Assembly: GCF_030028105.1 (NCBI RefSeq)
Contig: NC_092370.1
Span: 83,224,969-83,288,968 of the forward strand
Direction of reading: 5' to 3'
DNA from: Mobula birostris
Lineage: Eukaryota
DNA: 64,000 nt
The notes beneath the pieces are model-generated. The model was not told the DNA's origin. It searched no databases and saw only the letters and a program-made list of their open reading frames with translations. Made by a program: the position numbers and the translations under genes. This document shows positions 13,901 through 25,602 of the stretch, in pieces (position 1 is the stretch's first letter; the number at the start of each line of letters is the position of its first letter).

Positions 13901-14380
13901 GATCAGAGAGGGGTTTTCCAGCTCTTGAAGGATGGATGTTGATTGTCAATATATCAGAACAAAACCCTGCATCAGGACTGAGTGTGGAGAGAGATGGCCA
14001 GTATAAAGAGAAGGGGGGAGTGGTGAGACTGAAGGTGCTAAGGTTCCCTCCAGGTGGTCTTCAATCATAATGGAAAGATGACTTCTGTTGTCATCCGTCC
14101 TCCCACTTCCCTCTCAGTTCTGATGCAGGGTTTTCACCTAAAGAGTTGACAGCTCCTTTGTCCAATTGATGCTGCTTGATCTATTGTGTTCCTCTAACAG
14201 ACTGTTGTCCACCCCTTACTGGAATCAGTACACCAGTTTTTCAGAGGCATATCTCAGCAATAACTCCACAAACTCTGCACCAGTTGTTACTTTTGCCAAG
14301 CAACAATAAAACATAAAATGTTGCTGTTGGGCTACATTTGTAAGAAAAACATTTGCAAACCTAATTGGCTTTCTTTCAAA

Positions 14381-14472
14381 GAGCTAACCCAATCACAGAG
14401 AACTAAATCATTAAATATATTCATGGGAGCTAACCCAATCACAGAGAACTAAATCATTAAATATATTCATGG
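14381..14472. repeat. Perfect 46-bp tandem duplication
   Basis: GAGCTAACCCAATCACAGAGAACTAAATCATTAAATATATTCATGG occurs twice (14381-14426 and 14427-14472). Confidence 0.95.
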
Positions 14473-14655
14473 AATTAAATATTATTCTTCGGCAATGGAG
14501 ATCAACGGATGTGGGGAAAAGCTGGAAGAGGGGGTTGAATTTAGATGATCAGCCATGGTCATGATGAATGGGTAGGGCTAGGCTTGAAGGGCTGAATGGC
14601 TTAGTCCTGCTCTTATTATCCATGACTGAAGAGCAAAACACTGCTGATCCTGGAA

Positions 14656-15305
14656 ATCAGAATCAGGTTTAGTATCACCAGTGTATGTCGTGGAATTTGT
14701 TAACATTGCAGCAGTAGTACAATGCAATGCATGATAAATACAGAAAAAAACCTGAATTACAATAAGTATATATATGTATATTAAACAGTTAAATTAAATA
14801 AATAGTGCAAAAACAGAAATAAAGAGTAGTGAGGTAGAGTTCAATGTCCATTCAGAAATCGTATGGCAGAGGGGAAGAAGCTGTTCTTGAATCACTGATC
14901 GTGTGCCTTCAGGCTTCTGTACCTTTTCCTGATGGTAATAATAAGAGGGCACGTCCTGGGTAGTGGGGGTCTCAATGATGGACGCTGTCTTCCTGAGGCA
15001 CCGCTCCTTGAAGATGTATTGGATGCTACGGAGACTAGTACCCATGACGGAGCTAACTAATTTACAACCTTCCGCAACTTACTTCAATCTTGTGCAGTTG
15101 CACCCACATCCACCCCCCCCCCTACATACCAGGCAGTCATGTAGCCAGTCAGAATGGCTGTGTTCTCCACAGTACACTTATAGAAGTTTGAGTGTTTTAG
15201 ATGACAAACCAAATCTGCTCAAACTCCTAATGAAATATAGCCACTGTCTTGCCTTCTTTATAGCTGCGTCAATATGTTGTGACCAGGTTAGATCCTCAGA
15301 GATAT
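14656..15305 (-). mobile_element. Rex1/Babar-type LINE 3' fragment
   Basis: Minus-strand ORF MGTSLRSIQYIFKERCLRKTASII, and the (AATCAG)n tail at the left end. Confidence 0.75.
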
Positions 15306-15714
15306 TGAAATCTGAAGTACAAAAAGAAACTATGATGTTTCCTGTCCATTGTGATCAAGTTCAGAAGCAGGACATAACCTCTCCTTACTACTACCATTGA
15401 GGAAGAGGTACACTGGCCATCTTAGCAACAGCTTCTTCCTCACCATCATTAAATTTCTGAATGGTTCATGTTCCATGAACAATTCCCTACCATACTGCTC
15501 TCTTATTGCAATATTTTTAATGTATTCTTATTGTAATTTATTTCAATTTTTTAATGAATTACACTGCATTGCTGCTGCAAAACAAATTTCACAACATACA
15601 TATATCAGTGACAATAAACCTGATTCTAATTCTGAAAGAGACCATTTAGTTCACTGAGTCTGTGCCAGCCATCATTCACCTGTTTAAACTAGCCCTACAT
15701 CAACCCCAATGTTT

Positions 15715-15955
15715 AATTCTCTTCACATTCTCGTCAACTCTCAACAGATTCAACCACTGAGGCAATTTATAACAGTTAATTAATCCAACAACACCCATGT
15801 TAATGGGACGTGGGAAAAAACTGGAGCAACTGAAAGAAGCCCCATGTGGTCACAGGAAGAACGTTCAAAATCCATACGGAGAGCACCTGGTATTGGCATC
15901 GAACCAGGGTGTCTGACTCTGTGAAGATGGGGCTCCTCTAGGCACTGTAGAGCCA
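15715..15955 (-). mobile_element. V-domain tRNA-derived SINE (HE1-like)
   Basis: The reverse complement contains a B-box-like GGTTCGATGCC and the V-SINE core (..GTGACCACATGGG..TGCTCCAGTTTTTTCCCAC..). Confidence 0.6.
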
Positions 15956-16395
15956 CTCATGCATTGTTACTGTATGGTTAATGATTCAAATGGTCTTAGA
16001 GGAGAGAAGGAACATGAGTTGTTAGTTTAAGTGTGTGAGGTCTGATCAAGAGCTCTAAAATGTCATTGTTTGTCCTTTCTCCTTTGAGTTGACCATTGGC
16101 TTGTTGTCCACAATAACTCTTTCTTACCCCTGTGTTGCTGCAAATAACTTTTTTTCTGACATGTTCCATGAATTTCCCATGAACTTTGAGCTGCTCTGAT
16201 CTTGATTAACTTTCCTGCTTGCACTGTACATCAAAGCATTCCCTCACCAGTGGCCAGTTTATGTCCTCACTCCCCCTGTCACAACACCTCTGAGCTCACA
16301 TCAGGGTGATTGTAGACTTTGAGTCAGCAGTATTCCAATGAAGCTTTGAACTCCGACTGTTTCATCCTCTGCCTGACTTGCTGAGAGTTCAAATA

Positions 16396-18300
16396 CAGTA
16401 GATTCCGGTTAATTGGTTCATTGGAGATTTGGGACAACGCTTAAGCAACAAAAACTGATCGAGGAAATAGCTGGGATTCCCTTTACAAACAAGAGAAAGT
16501 CTACAGATACTGGAAATCCATACAACAGACACAAAATGCTGGAGGAGGTCAGCAGGTCGAGCAGCATCTATGGAAAAAAGTACAGTCGATGTTTCGAGCT
16601 GAAACCCTTCGGCAGAACTGGAGAAAAACAGCTGAGGAGTAAAGTTAAAAGATGGGGGGAGGGGATAGAAAGAAACACCAGATAACAGGTGAAACCTGGA
16701 GGGGGAGGGATGAAGTAAAGAACTGAGAGGCTTATTGGTGAAAGATACAGAAGGCCATGGAAGAAAAAAAAGGGGGAGGAGCACCAGAGGGAGGTGATGG
16801 GCAGGTAATGAGATAAACTGAGAGAGGGTAAAGGGGATGGGACATGGTGAAGGGAGGTGGTGGGCATTACCAGAAGGTTGAGAAATCGATGTTCATGTCA
16901 TCAGGTTGGAGGCTACCCAAATGAAATATAAGCTGTTGTTCCTCCAGCCTGGGTGTGGCCTCATCACAACAGTGGAGGAGGCCATGGATGAACATATCCA
17001 TGAGAGAGGGAAATGGGGAATCCTTTGTTTGTAAAGGGAATCTCAGGTATTGCTGGGATTACCTTTGTTTATCTGGGATATTATGCCACTTAATAGGGAC
17101 AGGAGACCATTGCTGAACAGTTTCTAACTACTGTCAGTCATGTCAGTAGACATGACACTGTGCTTAGAGCAAACAGTTTTTAAGTATTAACATTTGTGCG
17201 TGTTGGTGTTTAAAAATCAATGATTTTTGTCACTTACCATTAGTGAGCATTAAGCATTAAGGCAATTTAGTATTGTTTTGCTTACAGCGATTTCAGGCTC
17301 GCAGGCTTGGAGATGTCAGAAATGGCCGGGAGTGAAAATGAACAATTTCACTACCGTAACTACAAAGAATTTGAAGGTATTAACAATCATCTTGAATGTT
17401 ACAAAGAAGGTGCAGATCTGGAGGATGCAATCATCGGAAGCATTGTATGAGGTCAGTCCATTTTCTGCACTAGCTGCCTGTGCTAATTTTATTCATTTAC
17501 AGTAAATCAAAAGTACGCAACAGTCTGTCATATCTGATGGCAGTGAAACCTGTGCCAGAGAGTTTTTAAAGTGGAAAAGCCATTACAATAGGACATTGCC
17601 ACTCTCTTGACCTCAAAAGTCTGGTTCCAGTGGTACAAGTAGTCATCACAAACTGGGGTCTTCCTTGGTCGCAGAAAAAAAAACGATGACAATGCTTTGC
17701 CTTATCATGCTTTTCCCTTCCATGAAGCCTTTCAGAGCCACCTTCTTAGCTGTTGGATCTCTCTGTTGATCTCACCTACCCAGTCTGCCGCAGCTGACTT
17801 CACATGCTAGGACAAGCAGTCCCTATTTCACTGGAGTATGAAGCCCACCAGCTATCCTCATCTGGTTTAATGTGCCTGGCGAGCAGAGTACCGGGAGGTG
17901 GCTGCTGTCGCATGCAAACAGCTATTCAGAGTCACAGGTGAGAGCTGAGTGTTCGCTGAGTGACCAACAGAGAGCGAGCTGCCCTGAAGAGGCACAACAA
18001 GCCCCTTCACCAGAGGTGTTACCCCTCCCTGGACACCCCATAAAGGCCGGCATACACCAGATGAATCTTTCTGCTGATAACGATTAGGAACTAATGCACA
18101 GTTAAAGTACTGAAGTAGCAGTGATACTGTTATAATTTGTTCTGTATTACACTTAAATACATAACTTGTTACTTAGTTAAATGGTAGATTTTTTTATATA
18201 CCTTTTTAACTAGTTCCAGGAAACTTCAGTTAATTGGGCAGCTACAAATTGGGCCAAAATATACAGGTCCTGTTGTGTCCCAATTAACCAGAATCCACTG
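16396..18300 (+). mobile_element. Tigger/pogo-like DNA transposon remnant carrying nested insertions
   Basis: TIRs CAGTAGATTCCGGTTAATTGG / CCAATTAACCAGAATCCACTG with TA TSDs at 16394-16395 and 18301-18302. Confidence 0.8.
16485..17000 (-). mobile_element. PLE 3' fragment (second subfamily), inserted in the Tigger element
   Basis: GIY-YIG C-terminus (LEEQQLIFHLGSLQPDDMNIDFS), hammerhead-like CUGCCGA..GAAACAUC at ~16583-16620, and TSD GCTGGGATT(C/A)CCTTT at 16470-16484 / 17052-17066. Confidence 0.85.
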
Positions 18301-19544
18301 TATTTGATGCTTATACAACAGTTCCAGTCTACATTAATTTATAAAATTTACTATTTTAAATATGACATTTATAAATTCATAGGATTATACAGCACAGAAA
18401 CAGGTCCTTAGGCTCAACTCATTCATGCCAACCAAGGAGTCTGTCTAAGCTAGTTGCATGCATTTGGTCCATAATGTCTCCTGGTCTTCTCCATCCAAGT
18501 TGCTAATTATTTATTTTGTATCCCACAGCCACCATCACAGCAAAGTACAAATGCAACAATTCTACTGTTTCATGTGACCTTTTGAGTACAATCTCACTCA
18601 GTCTACAGATGCTGTGTTGGCTTCTTGAGGTAGTTGAGATGTTTCATCCGTATTAATCACAAATCAAAAGATTGCATTCCTCTGACATTTTGATTAAGCC
18701 ACATTTGGCACATTTGTTATTCACCATCCATTAATTTCATGACCTAACAATAACATAATTCCACACCAGCATCAAGGGCAATGTGAGTAGCTTAGTGAGA
18801 GCTCTTTCACTAAGCACTGAGAGCAGTGTGTCTGGCGCTCATTCTCTCCAAGGACAAGGACAGTCTTATTACTGTGACCCAGATTCTGTGACAGCATGAC
18901 AGAAACTACTACTTTTCTCTGTCATCACTCTGGAACTGGCAGCAACTTTTAGACTTCTGTACACTATTATTTAAAAGTTCATATCATGCTGCTAATGCTA
19001 AAATCATATCCTAAACAGGAGCACGATGCTATTTGGCCTCTTCTGGCTGCTCTGCCATTCAGGGATGTCGCGACTCATCCTGACTCCATCTACCTGCACT
19101 AACACCATAGCTGTTCATGCCCTAAATGTCTGAAATTCTGCTGACCTCTGTCTTGACTATACTTCTTGGCTGAGCCTGCATAGCTCTCTTGGGTAGAAAG
19201 TTCCAAAAACACACTGCTTCTTGGGTGAATAAGTCTCTTCTCATCTCTGTTCTTGTGTGGCCACCCTCTAATTTTGCAATGGTGACCACTGGTTTGGCAT
19301 TGGAATTGGGATCTGATTTTCTCTGCAGCTGTTGGACTTTATTGTTTTACCTTGTTCTGCATCAATGCGCAGTGCAATGACCTGACCTGTATGAATGAGA
19401 TCATCAGCAAGACAAGCTTTTCAGTGTATTTTGATATATGTGACACGAAGAAACCTATAACAATACCAGTTGGAGTTGATTCCATAGCCAGTGGAAACAT
19501 TGTCCCTGTATCTACTCTGTCTGGAAGTTTCCAAGATCAGTTAA

Positions 19545-19930
19545 GACACAAGAGACTGCAGAAGCTGGAATAAAAAAGAAAACAAGATGGAGGGACTCTG
19601 GAGGTCAGGTAGCATCTCTGGATGGAGATGAACAGTTGATGTTTCAATAGCAATGCACACAAAATGCCGGAGGAACTCAGCAGGTCAGGCAGCATCTATC
19701 AAGGGAAATGAACAGTTGACATTTCAGGCTGAGACCCTTCATCGGGATAAAAGAATATCAGTCCTGCTGGAGGGTCTCAAAAAATTAACTGTTTATTTCC
19801 CTCCATAGTTGCTGCCTGACCAACAGACTTCCTCAGGCTCCTTTGGGTGCTGCTCCAGAGACCAGTGTCTGTAGTCTCTCTTGACTCAACATTTCAGGTT
19901 GAGACTTGAGACCCTTCCTTTGGACTGACC
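19545..19930. mobile_element. Old PLE terminus with a nested fold-back PLE terminus (~19649-19885)
   Basis: Inverted arms ...GCTGAGACCCTTCATCGGGA / CAGTCCTGCTGGAGGGTCTCA..., both homologous to the PLE end. Confidence 0.65.
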
Positions 19931-21564
19931 TTTCAAAGGTCACACTGTGCACTCTTGTTGTGGAAAGACAGTCAGGAAGGCTTGCACAGCAACAACAGGC
20001 TCAATGGGGATCTTTGCTTAGTAAGGTCAATCTTATTACGTTATTAATGATTTGGAGGTTAGCAGTGAAATGTTATGCCCTCTAGTATTGTGTCCAATAT
20101 CAGTGAGAACGGGGAAGTTCAAAGAAGGTGTCAGCATCACATTTCATACACAGCGTACGGTGTGTGCCTGGAATTCACTGTCCAGGCTGGTAGTGGAGGT
20201 AAGTACCACAGAGGCAGAAGTGGTTAGCTGGGATTTTAATTACCAATTTAATTAGTTTGTCACAACATTGTAGGCCAAAGGGCCTGTTTATGTGCTGTTT
20301 TGTTCCATGTTCTACATTCAAACACGTGCAAACACAAAGTGTTGTCTGCGTATGGCAGCATATTGACCAAAGCTGAAGTCGTTCCGGTGGGAAGACGGTG
20401 TGTAGATCCACCGCAGGTAAGTGTGAGGTGTTGTCCCGATGAATCACTCAGTACTCAGAACTGCAGCCATAAATCAAGTCCCCAGGTGCCAGAAGATGTC
20501 TGCAGCCCCATAGCAGCCCGAAAATCCCTTCCATCGACCTCTCATACTCTCAGCCATATGCATGGCCTAAAGGTTCCTGACATGGGGGGGGGGGGGGGGG
20601 GCGGATCTGTAGACCATCCTTCTCCTTTGGTCCAATAAGTTAGAGCCAGAGAGTCAAGGATTCATGCAGCTTGGAAACAAACCCTTCACCCCAACTCACC
20701 CATGCCTGCTAAAATGGATTTCCTGTTGGAATACAAGAAGGGGATAGAGAGCTTAGTGACATGGTGTCATGACAACAACCTTTCTCTCAATGTCAACAAA
20801 ACTGAAGAGCTGGTCATTCACTTCAGAAAGAGGGGTCGGGTCGGTGCACATGTTCCTGTCTGCATCAATGGTGTTGAGGTGAATACGGTTGACAGCTTCA
20901 AGTTCCTAGGTATGAACATCGCCAGCAGCCTGTTCTGGTGCACCACGTTGAGGTTATGGCCAAGAAAGCTCATCAATTTTGCTTTACTTCCTTAAGAGTC
21001 TGAAGAAATTTGGCACATCCTCCAGGATGTGTTCAAATTTGGAAAGATGGCATTAGCTGGAAAGAGTACAGAGATGATTTACAAGGACGTTGCCATGATT
21101 GAACGGGCTGAATTATGTAAAGTGGTTAAGAAATTTGGGACTTTTCCATTGTATGTAGGAGAATAAAGGTTGATCTTATAGAGTCATGCGGAGCATACAG
21201 TAGATAGGCTGAATGTGCATTGTCTTTTACCACAGGGTTGAGGAATCAAGAACTTCACGCATACATTGAAGGTAAGAGGGCAAAATTTAATAAGGAACTG
21301 AGGGGCAAATTTTTCCACCCAGAAAGGAGTCAGTATATGGAATTAGATGGCAGAAGAAGCAGCACAGACAGGTACCTTCAAAAGTACTCAGACTGGTACA
21401 TGTATAGAAAACTTTTAGAGAGATATGAGCCTAAAGCAGACAAATGCAACTAGACATTCCTCTTGACTGGCATGAACCACTTGGGCTGAATGGCCTGTTT
21501 CCATGTTGTGACTGAACTTTAAACCATGCCCTCTTGTTGTTGATTCCCCAACCCCACAAAACCT

Positions 21565-22256
21565 TGGCCGAATCTGAGGTGGTGATGAATCAGCATATAG
21601 AAGGGAGATTGAAAATGTGGTTAGTGACGTCATAACAACAACCTCTTACTCAATGTCAGCAAGACCAAGGAACTGAATGTAGACTTCAGGAGAAGGAAAC
21701 CAGAGGTGGTCCTCATTGGAGGATCAGAAGTAGAGAGGGTTAGCAATTTTAAATTCCTAGGTGTTATTATTTCTGAGGACCTGTCCTGGGCTCAGTACCT
21801 TAATGTAATTATGAGGAAAGCACACCAGCACCTCTACTTTCTTAGGAGTTTGCGAAGATTTGACATGACATCAAAACTTTGACAAACTTCTGTAGTTGTG
21901 TAGTGGAGAGTATACATTCTGGCTGCATCACAGCCTGGTGTGGAAACAGCAATGCTCTTGAATGGAAAATTCTACAAGAAGTAGTGGATACAGCTCAGTC
22001 CTCCATGGGTAAAGCCCTCCCAACCATAAAGCCCATCTACATGAAATGCTGTTGCAGCAAAGCAGCATCCATTATCAGGGACCCCCACCACCCAGGACAT
22101 GCTTTCCTCACTGCAGCCATCAGAAAGAAGGTACAAGACCCTTAGGACTCACACCTTTAGGTTTAGGAACAGTTATTACCTCTCAGCGATCAGACTCTTT
22201 AACAAAGGGGATAGCTTCACTCAACCTCACTTGTCCCATCATTGAAATGTTCTCTC
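21565..22256 (+). mobile_element. Rex1/Babar-type LINE 3' part (continues at 25603-25880 after the ERV insertion)
   Basis: HNNNLLLNVSKTKEL, FKFLGVII and ESIHSGCITAW motifs. The 3' UTR breaks at ...GAAATGTTC and resumes CCCACAAC... at 25603. Confidence 0.8.
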
Positions 22257-25200
22257 TGTTGGAGTGTTTTTGGGGTTAGGACATAAAAGCAAATATTGAC
22301 TTCACTGTCCAACCTTCAGGTCTGAATATGCATTGATGATTAAATCTAAAATGCAATTTTTAACAATAGGTAGGCAATGCTGATTTAAGTTTGTTATTTG
22401 TGTGTATTTGGGTGCCTGTCGAATGGGTGTGAAGGAGGGAGGTGTGAAAGTGGTGTGCAGTTCAAAGAGGGCATTGTAAATATGGATTTGTTTGAATTGT
22501 CCTGCATTTTCTTTGATCTTTAGCGTATAAAATGTTGGGTAGTGTTGGGCCAGCCAGACCTTTCCACTGAAATGGTCTCAATATGATGCCTGCTGTAGTG
22601 AAGGAAACAGATAAGAATTAGGTTCAGGAGCTCTGTCTGGGGGTGGCTCAGCTCAGATGGTGGAGCTGGTGGCCCTGATAGAGGCACTGCATTACAGCAA
22701 AGGCAGATGAGCAAATATATATATATATATATATATAGACAGCTGGTGTGCGTTCGGGTGGTGCATGATTATCTGATGAATATGATGTACCCAAATGACA
22801 TGGGCACAATGTGGATTTGTAACTTCAACAGGGACGGGTATTCAGCACAGGCACCTAATACAACAACTGCTGGAAGCAGTGAGTCTGCCAGCAGAGGTGA
22901 CAGTAATTAAAGTAAAAGCTCACCAGAAAGGGGAGAGTGAGGAGCAGAAAGGAAATGAGTGGACAGACATCACTGTGAAGAAGGCAGCAGAGAAACAAGA
23001 GGCAATTGAAAGTACGTACAGGAAGAAACAATGGAAAGCCAGTTTAATAAAATTATATGAAGAGGTGGAGGCTGGAGGGAAGGAGAAAGGGAGCAAAGGA
23101 GAGACCAGTTAGGAGTTGGACCCAGGGGGAGGAAGGAGTCGCGGTGGCTCCACCATGTATTAGGCAGATACTACTGAAGTTATATCATGGTTGATGCGTC
23201 AGGGAAGGCAGAGCATGATCACAATCATCCAGCAGGATTGGTGGTGGCCGGGGATGGGCAGAGATGTTGAGAAATTCTGCCACCATTGTATCATGTGTGC
23301 TCAGCATAACCCTAGTAAGGGCGTAAAGCTACAGCTGGCAAACCAGCCACGGCTGAGGGGACCCTGGGAAAACATTCCGATAGATTTCACGGGGCCCCTA
23401 CCCAAAAGCAGGGGGAAAAGCTACTGTCTAGTAATTATGGATCACTTCACCCAGTGGGTAGTGGCTTCCCAACGAGGGACTGCACCGCCAGCACCACTGT
23501 ACGGATTCTAGTTCAGGAAATCCTCCAGGTGGACTCGGATCAGGAACACATTTCACGGGGAAAGTGATGAAGGAAATGTGCTGACTGTTAGGGATCCGAC
23601 AATGTTTCCACGTACCTTACCTCTCTCAGAGCTCAGGAATGGTAGAATGGATGAACCGAACAATCAAGAATACCTTAACCCAAGCTGTAGCTGAGACGGG
23701 AGAAATATGGGTTGATGTATTACTTGGAATCCTGACAAGATTGCAAACAACCCCAAACTGCACTCTGGATCTCAGCCCCAACCAATTATTGAAGGGGCGA
23801 GCAACGTGACTCCCTTATCAGGTAATTATGAGTTGCGGTGAACCTGGGATTTACAGGGATAGAATATGACACAGTGTGTGAGAGACCTTTGTAACCAACA
23901 TAAAGTGCTGAAGGACCGAGCAAAACAACAGCAGCACATTGCAGATCAGAGAGAGCCAGAGGGAAAGGAGATAGTCCTCCCACAGCCTGGTGACCAGGTC
24001 ATGGTGAGGATGATGCCTGAAAGGACAGGGTGTGAGGGGACCATGGATGGTACTTTTAACAAGTGATACTTGTGTCTGTGTGCAGACTTGGCAAGGAAGC
24101 CAGTGGAAACACTGGACACCAGTTAAATTGTACGACTCACCTTCTTGTTGCCCCCACAGAGAGAGCAGAGGATCAAGTGTTCCCAGTAACCGTGTTATTA
24201 CAGAAAATCTAAGAGAGGAACACCAACCAGCCACACCAGACCTGAGCACAGTTGATAGAAAAACACCCTCAGCAAATGTGAAAGCAGAGGATACTGAAAG
24301 CATGACAGAAAACTGTGAATAGTATGCTAAAGTGTGATGGTAATGGTACTCTGTAATGAAGGCTAGTTGCTGAAGGTGGGTGATTAGTTGAATAGCATAG
24401 AATAGAAAAGGTATTGGGAAAAGTAGATGGGGAGGAATTTAAGTTAAAGCAGAGACAGCAGGTTCTACAACTTCAAAGGTATGGCAGATTGAGAAAGATT
24501 GCACAGGGTATCTGAAGGCAGTCACCCCCATGTGGAATGGGGAAGCAATCGACTGGGACAGTTTGCAAGGGGGTGCCACCTGGGAAAGGTGCTTGCAGTC
24601 ATTCAAGTAGAGACCACCCAACTTCTTCCTGTACATTGATGAGAGGGCCTGATACATTTACCTTGCTGCTCCTGTTGGAAAGAGAGAGTTTTAGCCACCA
24701 GAGAATGAAGGGGTGAAGACAATGAATGTGATTAAACTGCAATCGGCCACCAGGGAAAGAGCCAACAGGTATATGAATGAAGCTGCATTTCTAAAGAATG
24801 TTGTTCAAATTTCTGGACAACCTCACTGATTAGCATTTTGTAGATAGCAGTTAGGGATGATTTTTTTAAACAAAATATACTTTATTCAAAAATAAAATTA
24901 TGTACAATAAACTATTCAATGACTGTCAATCCTTTACAGATGTTTCCATTACGATCTATTTACTTCCACACTTTTCGTCACCCATGTGGCACTCTGTTGT
25001 TATATGATCTGAAGAGAAACCAGAGTATACTCTGTTGTTTCATAGGGTAGATGTAGATGCACATAGAGTAATTGGGAGGGTTTGAAGCAGAGCATTTCTG
25101 CTGCCCTATTCGAGTAGATCCTCCTTAAGGTTGGCCTTTCCTGTTAGAAATTTATTCTGTCCATGCAGAGGGACAGTTAGGGCATTTTTGTGGTTAGGAC

Positions 25201-25602
25201 ATAAAGTGAATATTGACTTCCATGACCAACCTTCAGATATGAATATGCATTGAAGATTAAATCTAAAATGCAACACTGAACAATGGGTAAGCAATGCTGA
25301 TTTAAGTACATTAGTGTGTAGTTGGGTGTCTGTAGTATGGGTGTGAAGGCGGTGGCTGTGAAGGAGGGAGGTGTGAAAGGGCTGTGTAGTTCAAAGGGGG
25401 CATTGTACATATGGATTTGTTTGAACCGTCCTGAATTTTCTTTGATCTTTAGCATATAAAATGTTGGATAGTGTTGGGCCAGGCAGACCTTGCCACTGAA
25501 AGGGTCTCAACATGGTGCCTGCTGTATCTTGATTTGTCAAATTAAGGGGTTACTTCATATCTACCAGTACTTTTCTTTGGTGACATTATTCATGCAACAA
25601 CA
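22257..25602 (+). mobile_element. Internally deleted class I (gamma/epsilon-like) ERV, copy B: truncated 5' LTR 22257-~22596, RNase H-integrase remnant, 3' LTR 25175-25602
   Basis: Direct-repeat LTRs with TATA-like TATAAAA. RNase H SAQMVELVALIEAL..NIYIDS..VIKVKAHQ..GNEWTD. Integrase WWWPGM..CIMCAQHNP, PWENIPIDF, DSDQ, QSSGMVE.MNRTIK. gag, pro and RT are absent. Confidence 0.88.

Noticed and set aside
25071-25083. ATTGGGAGGG as the PPT and LTR start of ERV copy B
   Set aside because: Comparison with copy A and with the 5' LTR places the LTR start at ~25175, after GCAGAGGGAC.
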